Source of the DNA: Auanema rhodensis
Lineage: Eukaryota; Animalia; Nematoda
NCBI GenBank assembly: GCA_964057225.1
Contig: OZ059894.1
Coordinates: forward strand, 23,250,001-23,314,000
Reading direction: 5' to 3'
Length of the DNA stretch: 64,000 bases
The notes beneath the pieces were generated by a model. The model searched no databases. It was given only the letters and a program-made list of their open reading frames with translations, and had not been told where the DNA came from. The first letter of the stretch is position 1. The number at the start of each line of letters is the position of its first letter. Of the stretch, positions 42,701-58,400 are shown one piece after another. Position numbers and translations under genes: made by a program.

Positions 42701-43478
42701 CTAAAAACAGATTTTTATTGATATTGGTTTATGGTAACCATGTCTTTGAAATTTACGTTAACTTTAATTTATGCTAATTAAATGTACACGTGATGTGCAC
42801 TTGGTATGTAACTGGCTTCACGTGAAAGATAAAATGATGCGGTTTTCAAAATTAGATTCTTCATGTCCATATTAGTCTAAAAACAAATTTTTATTGATAT
42901 TGGTTCATGGTAACCATGACTTTGAAATTTAAGTGAACTTTAATTTATGCTAATTAAATGTACACGTGATGTGCACTTGGTATGTAACTCGCTTCACGTG
43001 AAAGATAAAGAGATGCGGTTTTCAAAATTAGATTCCCCATGTCCATATTAGTCTAAAAACAAATTTTTATTGATATTGGTTCATGGTAACCATGACTTTG
43101 AAACTTACGTGAACTCTAATTTATGCTAATTAAATGTACACGTGATGTGCACTTGGTATGTAACTCGCTTCACGTGAAAAATAAAGAGATGCGGTTTTCA
43201 AAATTAGATTTCCCATGTCCATATTAGTCTAAAAACAAATTTTTATTGATATTGGTTCATTGTAACCATGTCTTTGAAATTTACGTGAACTTTAATTTAT
43301 GCTAATTAAATGTACACGTGATGTGCACTTGGTATGTAACTCGCTTCACGTGAAAGATAAAGAGATGCGGTTTTCAAAATTAGATTCCCCATGTCCATAT
43401 TAGTCTAAAAACAAATTTTTATTGATATTGGTGCATGGTAACCATGACTTTGAAATTTACGTGAACTTTAATTTATGC
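39783..43478. repeat. Tandem duplication of an 11-monomer block (period 1936 bp)
   Basis: AAAAATAAAG at 41241 and 43177. GAACTCTAAT, TCATTGTAAC, AACTGGC and ACGTTAAC repeat at the same offset. Confidence 0.8.
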
Positions 43479-46400
43479 TAATTAAATGTACACGTGATGT
43501 GCACTTGGTATGTAACTCGCTTCACGTGAAAGATAAAAAGATGCGGTTTTCAAAATTAGATTTCCCATGTCCATATTAGTCTAAAAACATATTTTTATTG
43601 ATATTGGTTCATGGTAACCATGACTTTGAAATTTACGTGAACTTTAATTTATGCTAATTAAATGTACACGTGATGTGCACTTGGTATGTAACTCGCTTCA
43701 CGTGAAAGATAAAGAGATGCGGTTTTCAAAATTAGATTTCCCATGTCCATATTAGTCTAAAAACAAATTTTTATTGATATTGGTTCATGGTAACCATGAC
43801 TTTGAAATTTACCTGAACTTTAATTTATGCTAATTAAATGTACACGTGATGTGCACTTGGTATGTAACTCGCTTCACGTGAAAGATAAAGAGATGCGGTT
43901 TTCAAAATTAGATTCCACATGTCCATATTAGTCTAAAAACAAATTTTTATTGATATTGGTTCATGGTAACCATGACTTTGAAATTTAAGTGAACTTTAAT
44001 TTATGCTAATTAAATGTACACGTGATGTGCACTTGGTATGTAACTCGCTTCACGTGAAAGATAAAGAGATGCGGTTTTCAAAATTAGATTTCCCATGTTC
44101 ATATTAGTCTAAAAACAAATTTTTATTGATATTGGTTCATGGTAACCATGACTTTGAAATTTACGTGAACTTTAATTTATGCTAATTAAATGTACACGTG
44201 ATGTGCACTTGGTATGTAACTCGCTTCACGTGAAAGGTAAAGAGATGCGGTTTTCAAAATTAGATTCCCCATGTCCATATTAGTCTAAAAACAAATTTTT
44301 ATTGATATTGGTTCATGGTAACCATGTCTGTGAAATTTACGTGAACTTTAATTTATGCTAATTAAATGTACACGTGATGTGCACTTGGTATGTAACTCGC
44401 TTCACGTGAAAGATAAAAAGATACGGTTTTCAAAATTAGATTCCACATGTCCATATTAGTCTAAAAACAAATTTTTATTGATATTGGTTCATGGTAACCA
44501 TGACTTTGAAATTTAAGTGAACTTTAATTTATGCTAATTAAATGTACACGTGATGTGCACTTGGTATGTAACTCGCTTCACGTGAAAGATAAAGAGATGC
44601 GGTTTTCAAAATTAGATTCCCCATGTCCATATTAGTCTAAAAACAAATTTTTATTGATATTGGTTCATGGTAACCATGACTTTGAAACTTACGTGAACTT
44701 TAATTTATGCTAATTAAATGTACACGTGATGTGCACTTGGTATGTAACTCGCTTCACTTGAAAGATAAAGAGATGCGGTTTTCAAAATTAGATTCCCCAT
44801 GTCCATATTAGTCTAAAAACAAATTTTTATTGATATTGGTGCATGGTAACCATGACTTTGAAATTTACGTGAACTTTAATTTATGCTAATTAAATGTAAA
44901 CGTGATGTGCACTTGGTATGTAACTCGCTTCACGTGAAAGATAAAAAGATACGGTTTTCAAAATTAGATTTCCCATGTTCATATTAGTCTAAAAACAAAT
45001 TTTTATTGATATTGGTTCATGGTAACCATGACTTTGAAATTTACGTGAACTTTAATTTATGCTAATTAAATGTACACGTGATGTGCACTTGGTATGTAAC
45101 TCGCTTCACGTGAAAGGTAAAGAGATGCGGTTTTCAAAATTAGATTCCCCATGTCCATATTAGTCTAAAAACAAATTTTTATTGATATTGGTTCATGGTA
45201 ACCATGTCTGTGAAATTTACGTGAACTTTAATTTATGCTAATTAAATGTACACGTGATGTGCACTTGGTATGTAACTCGCTTCACGTGAAAGATAAAAAG
45301 ATACGGTTTTCAAAATTAGATTCCACATGTCCATATTAGTCTAAAAACAAATTTTTATTGATATTGGTTCATGGTAACCATGACTTTGAAATTTAAGTGA
45401 ACTTTAATTTATGCTAATTAAATGTACACGTGATGTGCACTTGGTATGTAACTCGCTTCACGTGAAAGATAAAGAGATGCGGTTTTCAAAATTAGATTCC
45501 CCATGTCCATATTAGTCTAAAAACAAATTTTTATTGATATTGGTTCATGGTAACCATGACTTTGAAACTTACGTGAACTTTAATTTATGCTAATTAAATG
45601 TACACGTGATGTGCACTTGGTATGTAACTCGCTTCACTTGAAAGATAAAGAGATGCGGTTTTCAAAATTAGATTCCCCATGTCCATATTAGTCTAAAAAC
45701 AAATTTTTATTGATATTGGTGCATGGTAACCATGACTTTGAAATTTACGTGAACTTTAATTTATGCTAATTAAATGTAAACGTGATGTGCACTTGGTATG
45801 TAACTCGCTTCACGTGAAAGATAAAAAGATACGGTTTTCAAAATTAGATTCCACATGTCCATATTAGTCTAAAAACAAATTTTTATTGATATTGGTTCAT
45901 GGTAACCATGACTTTGAAATTTAAGTGAACTTTAATTTATGCTAATTAAATGTACACGTGATGTGCACTTGGTATGTAACTCGCTTCACGTGAAAGATAA
46001 AGAGATGCGGTTTTCAAAATTAGATTCCCCATGTCCATATTAGTCTAAAAACAAATTTTTATTGATATTGGTTCATGGTAACCATGACTTTGAAACTTAC
46101 GTGAACTTTAATTTATGCTAATTAAATGTACACGTGATGTGCACTTGGTATGTAACTCGCTTCACTTGAAAGATAAAGAGATGCGGTTTTCAAAATTAGA
46201 TTCCCCATGTCCATATTAGTCTAAAAACAAATTTTTATTGATATTGGTGCATGGTAACCATGACTTTGAAATTTACGTGAACTTTAATTTATGCTAATTA
46301 AATGTAAACGTGATGTGCACTTGGTATGTAACTCGCTTCACGTGAAAGATAAAAAGATACGGTTTTCAAAATTAGATTCCACATGTCCATATTAGTCTAA

Positions 46401-49400
46401 AAACAAATTTTTATTGATATTGGTTCATGGTAACCATGACTTTGAAATTTAAGTGAACTTTAATTTATGCTAATTAAATGTACACGTGATGTGCACTTGG
46501 TATGTAACTCGCTTCACGTGAAAGATAAAGAGATGCGGTTTTCAAAATTAGATTCCCCATGTCCATATTAGTCTAAAAACAAATTTTTATTGATATTGGT
46601 TCATGGTAACCATGACTTTGAAACTTACGTGAACTTTAATTTATGCTAATTAAATGTACACGTGATGTGCACTTGGTATGTAACTCGCTTCACTTGAAAG
46701 ATAAAGAGATGCGGTTTTCAAAATTAGATTCCCCATGTCCATATTAGTCTAAAAACAAATTTTTATTGATATTGGTGCATGGTAACCATGACTTTGAAAT
46801 TTACGTGAACTTTAATTTATGCTAATTAAATGTACACGTGATGTGCACTTGGTATGTAACTCGCTTCACGTGAAAGATAAAGAGATGCGGTTTTCAAAAT
46901 TAGATTCCCCATGTCCATATTAGTCTAAAAACAAATTTTTATTGATATTGGTTCATGGTAACCATGACTTTGAAACTTACGTGATCTTTAATTTATGCTA
47001 ATTAAATGTACACGTGATGTGCACTTGGTATGTAACTCGCTTCACGTGAAAGATAAAGAGATGCGGTTTTCAAAATTAGATTCCCCATGTCCATATTAGT
47101 CTAAAAACAAATTTTTATTGATATTGGTTCATGGTAACCATGACTTTGAAATTTAAGTGAACTTTAATTTATGCTAATTAAATGTACACGTGATGTGCAC
47201 TTGGTATGTAACTCGCTTCACGTGAAAGATAAAGAGATGCGGTTTTCAAAATTAGATTCCCCATGTCCATATTAGTCTAAAAACAAATTTTTATTGATAT
47301 TGGTTCATGGTAACCATGACTTTGAAACTTACGTGAACTTTAATTTATGCTAATTAAATGTACACGTGATGTGCACTTGGTATGTAACTCGCTTCACTTG
47401 AAAGATAAAGAGATGCAGTTTTCAAAATTAGATTCCCCATGTCCATATTAGTCTAAAAACAAATTTTTATTGATATTGGTGCATGGTAACCATGACTTTG
47501 AAATTTACGTGAACTTTAATTTATGCTAATTAAATGTAAACGTGATGTGCACTTGGTATGTAACTCGCTTCACGTGAAAGATAAAAAGATACGGTTTTCA
47601 AAATTAGATTCCACATGTCCATATTAGTCTAAAAACAAATTTTTATTGATATTGGTTCATGGTAACCATGACTTTGAAATTTAAGTGAACTTTAATTTAT
47701 GCTAATTAAATGTACACGTGATGTGCACTTGGTATGTAACTCACTTCACGTGGAAGATAAAGAGATGCGGTTTTCAAAATTAGATTCCCCATGTCCATAT
47801 TAGTCTAAAAACAAATTTTTATTGATATTGGTTCATGGTAACCATGACTTTGAAATTTACGTGAACTTTAATTTATGCTAATTAAATGTACACGTGATGT
47901 GCACTTGGTATGTAACTCGCTTCACGTGAAAGATAAAGAGATGCGGTTTTCGAAATTAGATTCCCCATGTCCATATTAGACTAAAAACAAATTTTTATTG
48001 ATATTGGTTCATGGTAACCATGACTTTGAAATTTAAGTGAACTTTAATTTATGCTAATTAAATGTACACGTGATGTGCACTTGGTATGTAACTCGCTTCA
48101 CGTGAAAGATAAAGAAATGCGGTTTTCATAATTAGATTCCCCATGTCCATATTAGTCTAAAAACAAATTTTTATTGATATTGGTTCATGGTAACCATGAC
48201 TTTGAAACTTACGTGAACTTTAATTTATGCTAATTAAATGTACACGTGATGTGCACTTGGTATGTAACTCGCCTCACTAGAAAGATAAAGAGATGCGGTT
48301 TTCAAAATTAGATTCCCCATGTCCATATTAGTCTAAAAACAAATTTTTATTGATATTGGTGCATGGTAACCATGACTTTGAAATTTACGTGAACTTTAAT
48401 TTATGCTAATTAAATGTACACGTGATGTGCACTTGGTATGTAACTCGCTTCACGTGAAAGATAAAGAGATGCGGTTTTCAAAATTAGATTCCCCATGTCC
48501 ATATTAGTCTAAAAACAAATTTTTATTGATATTGGTTCATGGTAACCATGACTTTGAAATTTACGTGAACTTTAATTTATGCTAATTAAATGTACACGTG
48601 ATGTGCACTTGGTATGTAACTCGCTTTACGTGAAAGATAAAGAGATGCGGTTTTCAAAATTAGATTTCCCATGTCCATATTAGTCTAAAAACAAATTTTT
48701 ATTGATATTGGTTCATGGTAACCATGACTTTGAAATTTACGTGAACTTTAATTTATGCTAATTAAATGTACACGTGATGTGCACTTGGTATGTAACTCGC
48801 TTCACGTGAAAGATAAAGAGATGCGGTTTTCAAAATTAGATTTCCCATGTCCATATTAGTCTAAAAACAAATTTTTATTGATATTGGTTCATGGTAACCA
48901 TGACTTTGAAATTTACGTGAACTTTAATTTATACTAATTAAATGTAAACGTGATGTGCACTTGGTATGTAACTCGCTTCACGTGAAAGATAAAGAGATGC
49001 GGTTTTCAAAATTAGATTCCCCATGTCCATATTAGTCTAAAAACAAATTTTTATTGATATTGGTTCATGGTAACCATGACTTTGAAATTTAAGTGAACTT
49101 TAATTTATGCTAATTAAATTAACACGTGATGTGCACTTGGTATGTAACTCGCTTCACGTGAAAGATAAAGAGATGCGGTTTTCAACATTAGATTCCCCAT
49201 GTCCATATTAGTCTAAAAACAAATTTTTATTGATATTGGTTCATGGTAACCATGACTTTGAAACTTACGTGAACTTTAATTTATGCTAATTAAATGTACA
49301 CGTGATGTGCACTTGGTATGTAACTCGCTTCACTTGAAAGATAAAGAGATGCGGTTTTCAAAATTAGATTCCCCATGTCCATATTAGTCTAAAAACAAAT

Positions 49401-52400
49401 TTTTATTGATATTGGTGCATGGTAACCATGACTTTGAAATTTACGTGAACTTTAATTTATGCTAATTAAATGTACACGTGATGTGCACTTGGTATGTAAC
49501 TCGCTTCACGTGAAAGATAAAGAGATGCGGTTTTCAAAATTAGATTCCCCATGTCCATATTAGTCTAAAAACAAATTTTTATTGATATTGGTTCATGGTA
49601 ACCATGACTTTGAAACTTACGTGAACTTTAATTTATGCTAATTAAATGTACACGTGATGTGCACTTGGTATGTAACTCGCTTCACGTGAAAGATAAAGAG
49701 ATGCGGTTTTCAAAATTAGATTCCCCATGTCCATATTAGCCTAAAAACAAATTTTTATTGATATTGGTTCATGGTAACCATGACTTTGAAATTTACGTGA
49801 ACTTTAATTTATGCTAATTAAATGTACACGTGATGTGCACTTGGTATGTAACTCGCTTCACGTGAAAGATAAAGAGATGCGGTTTTCGAAATTAGATTCC
49901 CCATGTCCATATTAGACTAAAAACAAATTTTTATTGATATTGGTGCATGGTAACCATGACTTTGAAATTTACGTGAACTTTAATTTATGCTAATTAAATG
50001 TACACGTGATGTGCACTTGGTATGTAACTCGCTTCACGTGAAAGATAAAGAGATGCGGTTTTCAAAATTAGATTTCCCATGTCCATATTAGTCTAAAAAC
50101 AAATTTTTATTGATATTGGTTCATGGTAACCATGACTTTGAAACTTACGTGAACTTTAATTTATGCTAATTAAATGTACACGTGATGTGCACTTGGTATG
50201 TAACTCGCTTCACGTGAAAGATAAAGAGATGCGGTTTTCAAAATTAGATTCCCCATGTCCATATTAGTCTAAAAACAAATTTTTATTGATATTGGTTCAT
50301 GGTAACCATGACTTTGAAATTTACGTGAACTTTAATTTATGCTAATTAAATGTACACGTGATGTGCACTTGGTATGTAACTCGCTTCACGTGAAAGATAA
50401 AGAGATGCGGTTTTCGAAATTAGATTCCCCATGTCCATATTAGTCTAAAAACAAATTTTTATTGATATTGGTTCATGGTAACCATGACTTTGAAATTTAC
50501 GTGAACTTTAATTTATGCTAATTAAATGTACACGTGATGTGCACTTGGTATGTAACTCGCTTCACGTGAAAGATAAAGAGATGCGGTTTTCACAATTAGA
50601 TTCCCCATGTCCATATTAGTCTAAAAACAAATTTTTATTGATATTGGTGCATGGTAACCATGACTTTGAAATTTACGTGAACTTTAATTTATGCTAATTA
50701 AATGTACACGTGATGTGCACTTGGTATGTAACTCGCTTCACGTGAAAGATAAAGAGATGCGGTTTTCAAAATTAGATTTCCCATGTCCATATTAGTCTAA
50801 AAACAAATTTTTATTGATATTGGTTCATGGTAACCATGACTTTGAAACTTACGTGAACTTTAATTTATGCTAATTAAATGTACACGTGATGTGCACTTGG
50901 TATGTAACTCGCTTCACGTGAAAGATAAAGAGATGCGGTTTTCAAAATTAGATTCCCCATGTCCATATTAGTCTAAAAACAAATTTTTATTGATATTGGT
51001 TCATGGTAACCATGACTTTGAAATTTACGTGAACTTTAATTTATGCTAATTAAATGTACACGTGATGTGCACTTGGTATGTAACTCGCTTCACGTGAAAG
51101 ATAAAGAGATGCGGTTTTCGAAATTAGATTCCCCATGTCCATATTAGACTAAAAACAAATTTTTATTGATATTGGTTCATGGTAACCATGACTTTGAAAT
51201 TTAAGTGAACTTTAATTTATGCTAATTAAATGTACACGTGATGTGCACTTGGTATGTAACTCGCTTCACGTGAAAGATAAAGAAATGCGGTTTTCATAAT
51301 TAGATTCCCCATGTCCATATTAGTCTAAAAACAAATTTTTACTGATATTGGTTCATGGTAACCATGACTTTGAAACTTACGTGAACTTTAATTTATGCTA
51401 ATTAAATGTACACGTGATGTGCACTTGGTATGTAACTCGCCTCACTAGAAAGATAAAGAGATGCGGTTTTCAAAATTAGATTCCCCATGTCCATATTAGT
51501 CTAAAAACAAATTTGTATTGATATTGGTGCATGGTAACCATGACTTTGAAATTTACGTGAACTTTAATTTATGCTAATTAAATGTACACGTGATGTGCAC
51601 TTGGTATGTAACTCGCTTCACGTGAAAGATAAAGAGATGCGGTTTTCAAAATTAGATTCCCCATGTCCATATTAGTCTAAAAACAAATTTTTATTGATAT
51701 TGGTTCATGGTAACCATGTCTGTGAAATTTACGTGAACTTTAATTTATGCTAATTAAATGTACACGTGATGTGCACTTGGTATGTAACTCGCTTCACGTG
51801 AAAGATAAAGAGATGCGGTTTTCAAAATTAGATTCTTCATGTCCATATTAGTCTAAAAACAAATTTTTATTGATATTGGTTCATGGTAACCATGTCTGTG
51901 AAATTTACGTGAACTTTAATTTATGCTAATTAAATGTACACGTGATGTGCACTTGGTATGTAACTCGCTTCACCTGAAAGATAAAGAGATGCGGTTTTCA
52001 AAATTAGATTCTTCATGTCCATATTAGTCTAAAAACAAATTTTTATTGATATTGGTGCATGGTAACCATGACTTTGAAATTTACGTGAACTTTAATTTAT
52101 GCTAATTAAATGTACACGTGATGTGCACTTGGTATGTAACTCGCTTTACGTGAAAGATAAAGAGATGCGGTTTTCAAAATTAGATTTCCCATGTCCATAT
52201 TAGTCTAAAAACAAATTTTTATTGATATTGGTTCATGGTAACCATGACTTTGAAATTTACGTGAACTTTAATTTATGCTAATTAAATGTACACGTGATGT
52301 GCACTTGGTATGTAACTCGCTTCACGTGAAAGATAAAGAGATGCGGTTTTCAAAATTAGATTTCCCATGTCCATATTAGTCTAAAAACAAATTTTTATTG

Positions 52401-55400
52401 ATATTGGTTCATGGTAACCATGACTTTGAAATTTACGTGAACTTTAATTTATGCTAATTAAATGTAAACGTGATGTGCACTTGGTATGTAACTCGCTTCA
52501 CGTGAAAGATAAAGAGATGAGGTTTTCAAAATTAGATTCCCCATGTCCATATTAGTCTAAAAACAAATTTTTATTGATATTGGTTCATGGTAACCATGAC
52601 TTTGAAATTTAAGTGAACTTTAATTTATGCTAATTAAATTAACACGTGATGTGCACTTGGTATGTAACTCGCTTCACGTGAAAGATAAAGAGATGCGGTT
52701 TTCAACATTAGATTCCCCATGTCCATATTAGTCTAAAAACAAATTTTTATTGATATTGGTTCATGGTAACCATGACTTTGAAACTTACGTGAACTTTAAT
52801 TTATGCTAATTAAATGTACACGTGATGTGCACTTGGTATGTAACTCGCTTCACTTGAAAGATAAAGAGATGCGGTTTTCAAAATTAGATTCCCCATGTCC
52901 ATATTAGTCTAAAAACAAATTTTTATTGATATTGGTGCATGGTAACCATGACTTTGAAATTTACGTGAACTTTAATTTATGCTAATTAAATGTACACGTG
53001 ATGTGCACTTGGTATGTAACTCGCTTCACGTGAAAGATAAAGAGATGCGGTTTTCAAAATTAGATTTCCCATGTCCATATTAGTCTAAAAACAAATTTTT
53101 ATTGATATTGGTTCATGGTAACCATGACTTTGAAATTTACGTGAACTTTAATTTATGCTAATTAAATGTAAACGTGATGTGCACTTGGTATGTAACTCGC
53201 TTCACGTGAAAGATAAAGAGATGAGGTTTTCAAAATTAGATTCCCCATGTCCATATTAGTCTAAAAACAAATTTTTATTGATATTGGTTCATGGTAACCA
53301 TGACTTTGAAATTTAAGTGAACTTTAATTTATGCTAATTAAATTAACACGTGATGTGCACTTGGTATGTAACTCGCTTCACGTGAAAGATAAAGAGATGC
53401 GGTTTTCAACATTAGATTCCCCATGTCCATATTAGTCTAAAAACAAATTTTTATTGATATTGGTTCATGGTAACCATGACTTTGAAACTTACGTGAACTT
53501 TAATTTATGCTAATTAAATGTACACGTGATGTGCACTTGGTATGTAACTCGCTTCACTTGAAAGATAAAGAGATGCGGTTTTCAAAATTAGATTCCCCAT
53601 GTCCATATTAGTCTAAAAACAAATTTTTATTGATATTGGTGCATGGTAACCATGACTTTGAAATTTACGTGAACTTTAATTTATGCTAATTAAATGTACA
53701 CGTGATGTGCACTTGGTATGTAACTCGCTTCACGTGAAAGATAAAGAGATGCGGTTTTCAACATTAGATTCCCCATGTCCATATTAGTCTAAAAACAAAT
53801 TTTTATTGATATTGGTTCATGGTAACCATGACTTTGAAACTTACGTGAACTTTAATTTATGCTAATTAAATGTACACGTGATGTGCACTTGGTATGTAAC
53901 TCGCTTCACTTGAAAGATAAAGAGATGCGGTTTTCAAAATTAGATTCCCCATGTCCATATTAGTCTAAAAACAAATTTTTATTGATATTGGTGCATGGTA
54001 ACCATGACTTTGAAATTTACGTGAACTTTAATTTATGCTAATTAAATGTACACGTGATGTGCACTTGGTATGTAACTCGCTTCACGTGAAAGATAAAGAG
54101 ATGCGGTTTTCAAAATTAGATTTCCCATGTCCATATTAGTCTAAAAACAAATTTTTATTGATATTGGTTCATGGTAACCATGACTTTGAAATTTACGTGA
54201 ACTTTAATTTATGCTAATTAAATGTAAACGTGATGTGCACTTGGTATGTAACTCGCTTCACGTGAAAGATAAAGAGATGAGGTTTTCAAAATTAGATTCC
54301 CCATGTCCATATTAGTCTAAAAACAAATTTTTATTGATATTGGTTCATGGTAACCATGACTTTGAAATTTACGTGAACTTTAATTTATGCTAATTAAATG
54401 TACACGTGATGTGCACTTGGTATGTAACTCGCTTCACGTGAAAGATAAAGAGATGCGGTTTTCAAAATTAGATTCCCCATGTCCATATTAGTCTAAAAAC
54501 AAATTTTTATTGATATTGGTTCATGGTAACCATGACTTTGAAACTTACGTGAACTTTAATTTATGCTAATTAAATGTACACGTGATGTGCACTTGGTATG
54601 TAACTCGCTTCACGTGAAAGATAAAGAGATGCGGTTTTCAAAATTAGATTCCCCATGTCCATATTAGCCTAAAAACAAATTTTTATTGATATTGGTTCAT
54701 GGTAACCATGACTTTGAAATTTACGTGAACTTTAATTTATGCTAATTAAATGTACACGTGATGTGCACTTGGTATGTAACTCGCTTCACGTGAAAGATAA
54801 AGAGATGCGGTTTTCGAAATTAGATTCCCCATGTCCATATTAGACTAAAAACAAATTTTTATTGATATTGGTGCATGGTAACCATGACTTTGAAATTTAC
54901 GTGAACTTTAATTTATGCTAATTAAATGTACACGTGATGTGCACTTGGTATGTAACTCGCTTCACGTGAAAGATAAAGAGATGCGGTTTTCAAAATTAGA
55001 TTCCCCATGTCCATATTAGTCTAAAAACAAATTTTTATTGATATTGGTTCATGGTAACCATGACTTTGAAACTTACGTGAACTTTAATTTATGCTAATTA
55101 AATGTACACGTGATGTGCACTTGGTATGTAACTCGCTTCACGTGAAAGATAAAGAGATGCGGTTTTCAAAATTAGATTCCCCATGTCCATATTAGTCTAA
55201 AAACAAATTTTTATTGATATTGGTTCATGGTAACCATGACTTTGAAATTTACGTGAACTTTAATTTATGCTAATTAAATGTACACGTGATGTGCACTTGG
55301 TATGTAACTCGCTTCACGTGAAAGATAAAGAGATGCGGTTTTCGAAATTAGATTCCCCATGTCCATATTAGACTAAAAACAAATTTTTATTGATATTGGT

Positions 55401-58400
55401 TCATGGTAACCATGACTTTGAAATTTAAGTGAACTTTAATTTATGCTAATTAAATGTACACGTGATGTGCACTTGGTATGTAACTCGCTTCACGTGAAAG
55501 ATAAAGAGATGCGGTTTTCAAAATTAGATTCCCCATGTCCATATTAGTCTAAAAACAAATTTTTATTGATATTGGTGCATGGTAACCATGACTTTGAAAT
55601 TTACGTGAACTTTAATTTATGCTAATTAAATGTACACGTGATGTGCACTTGGTATGTAACTCGCTTCACGTGAAAGATAAAGAGATGCGGTTTTCAAAAT
55701 TAGATTCCCCATGTCCATATTAGTCTAAAAACAAATTTTTATTGATATTGGTTCATGGTAACCATGACTTTGAAACTTACGTGAACTTTAATTTATGCTA
55801 ATTAAATGTACACGTGATGTGCACTTGGTATGTAACTCGCTTCACGTGAAAGATAAAGAGATGCGGTTTTCAAAATTAGATTCCCCATGTCCATATTAGT
55901 CTAAAAACAAATTTTTATTGATATTGGTTCATGGTAACCATGACTTTGAAATTTACGTGAACTTTAATTTATGCTAATTAAATGTACACGTGATGTGCAC
56001 TTGGTATGTAACTCGCTTCACGTGAAAGATAAAGAGATGCGGTTTTCGAAATTAGATTCCCCATGTCCATATTAGACTAAAAACAAATTTTTATTGATAT
56101 TGGTTCATGGTAACCATGACTTTGAAATTTAAGTGAACTTTAATTTATGCTAATTAAATGTACACGTGATGTGCACTTGGTATGTAACTCGCTTCACGTG
56201 AAAGATAAAGAAATGCGGTTTTCATAATTAGATTCCCCATGTCCATATTAGTCTAAAAACAAATTTTTATTGATATTGGTTCATGGTAACCATGACTTTG
56301 AAACTTACGTGAACTTTAATTTATGCTAATTAAATGTACACGTGATGTGCACTTGGTATGTAACTCGCCTCACTAGAAAGATAAAGAGATGCGGTTTTCA
56401 AAATTAGATTCCCCATGTCCATATTAGTCTAAAAACAAATTTTTATTGATATTGGTGCATGGTAACCATGACTTTGAAATTTACGTGAACTTTAATTTAT
56501 GCTAATTAAATGTACACGTGATGTGCACTTGGTATGTAACTCGCTTCACGTGAAAGATAAAGAGATGCGGTTTTCAAAATTAGATTCCCCATGTCCATAT
56601 TAGTCTAAAAACAAATTGTTATTGATATTGGTTCATGGTAACCATGTCTGTGAAATTTACGTGAACTTTAATTTATGCTAATTAAATGTACACGTGATGT
56701 GCACTTGGTATGTAACTCGCTTCACGTGAAAGATAAAGAGATGCGGTTTTCAAAATTAGATTCTTCATGTCCATATTAGTCTAAAAACAAATTTTTATTG
56801 ATATTGGTGCATGGTAACCATGACTTTGAAATTTACGTGAACTTTAATTTATGCTAATTAAATGTACACGTGATGTGCACTTGGTATGTAACTCGCTTTA
56901 CGTGAAAGATAAAGAGATGCGGTTTTCAAAATTAGATTTCCCATGTCCATATTAGTCTAAAAACAAATTTTTATTGATATTGGTTCATGGTAACCATGAC
57001 TTTGAAATTTACGTGAACTTTAATTTATGCTAATTAAATGTACACGTGATGTGCACTTGGTATGTAACTCGCTTCACGTGAAAGATAAAGAGATGCGGTT
57101 TTCAAAATTAGATTTCCCATGTCCATATTAGTCTAAAAACAAATTTTTATTGATATTGGTTCATGGTAACCATGACTTTGAAATTTACGTGAACTTTAAT
57201 TTATGCTAATTAAATGTAAACGTGATGTGCACTTGGTATGTAACTCGCTTCACGTGAAAGATAAAGAGATGCGGTTTTCAAAATTAGATTCCCCATGTCC
57301 ATATTAGTCTAAAAACAAATTTTTATTGATATTGGTTCATGGTAACCATGACTTTGAAATTTAAGTGAACTTTAATTTATGCTAATTAAATTAACACGTG
57401 ATGTGCACTTGGTATGTAACTCGCTTCACGTGAAAGATAAAGAGATGCGGTTTTCAACATTAGATTCCCCATGTCCATATTAGTCTAAAAACAAATTTTT
57501 ATTGATATTGGTTCATGGTAACCATGACTTTGAAACTTACGTGAACTTTAATTTATGCTAATTAAATGTACACGTGATGTGCACTTGGTATGTAACTCTC
57601 TTCACTTGAAAGATAAAGAGATGCGGTTTTCAAAATTAGATTCCCCATGTCCATATTAGTCTAAAAACAAATTTTTATTGATATTGGTGCATGGTAACCA
57701 TGACTTTGAAATTTACGTGAACTTTAATTTATGCTAATTAAATGTACACGTGATGTGCACTTGGTATGTAACTCGCTTCACGTGAAAGATAAAGAGATGC
57801 GGTTTTCAAAATTAGATTCCCCATGTCCATATTAGTCTAAAAACAAATTTTTATTGATATTGGTTCATGGTAACCATGACTTTGAAACTTACGTGAACTT
57901 TAATTTATGCTTATTAAATGTACACGTGATGTGCACTTGGTATGTAACTCGCTTCACGTGAAAGATAAAGAGATGCGGTTTTCAAAATTAGATTCCCCAT
58001 GTCCATATTAGCCTAAAAACAAATTTTTATTGATATTGGTTCATGGTAACCATGACTTTGAAATTTACGTGAACTTTAATTTATGCTAATTAAATGTACA
58101 CGTGATGTGCACTTGGTATGTAACTCGCTTCACGTGAAAGATAAAGAGATGCGGTTTTCGAAATTAGATTCCCCATGTCCATATTAGACTCAAAACAAAT
58201 TTTTATTGATATTGGTTCATGGTAACCATGACTTTGAAATTTAAGTGAACTTTAATTTATGCTAATTAAATGTACACGTGATGTGCACTTGGTATGTAAC
58301 TCGCTTCACGTGAAAGATAAAGAGATGCGGTTTTCAAAATTAGATTCCCCATGTCCATATTAGTCTAACAACAAATTTTTATTGATATTGGTTCATGGTA

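Larger units (their letters stand above)
32569..43478. repeat. Satellite sub-domain B (62 monomers) with a distinct variant set
   Basis: Typical variants are AAAAACAGATTTTT, AAAATGATGCGG, GGTTTATGG...CATGTCTTTG, ATAAGGAG, GTTTCCAAAA, CCCATTTCC and CTTTCAAATT. The A markers CCTCACTAG, TTCGAAA/GACT, TTAACACG and CACTTGAAAG were not seen here. Confidence 0.85.
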
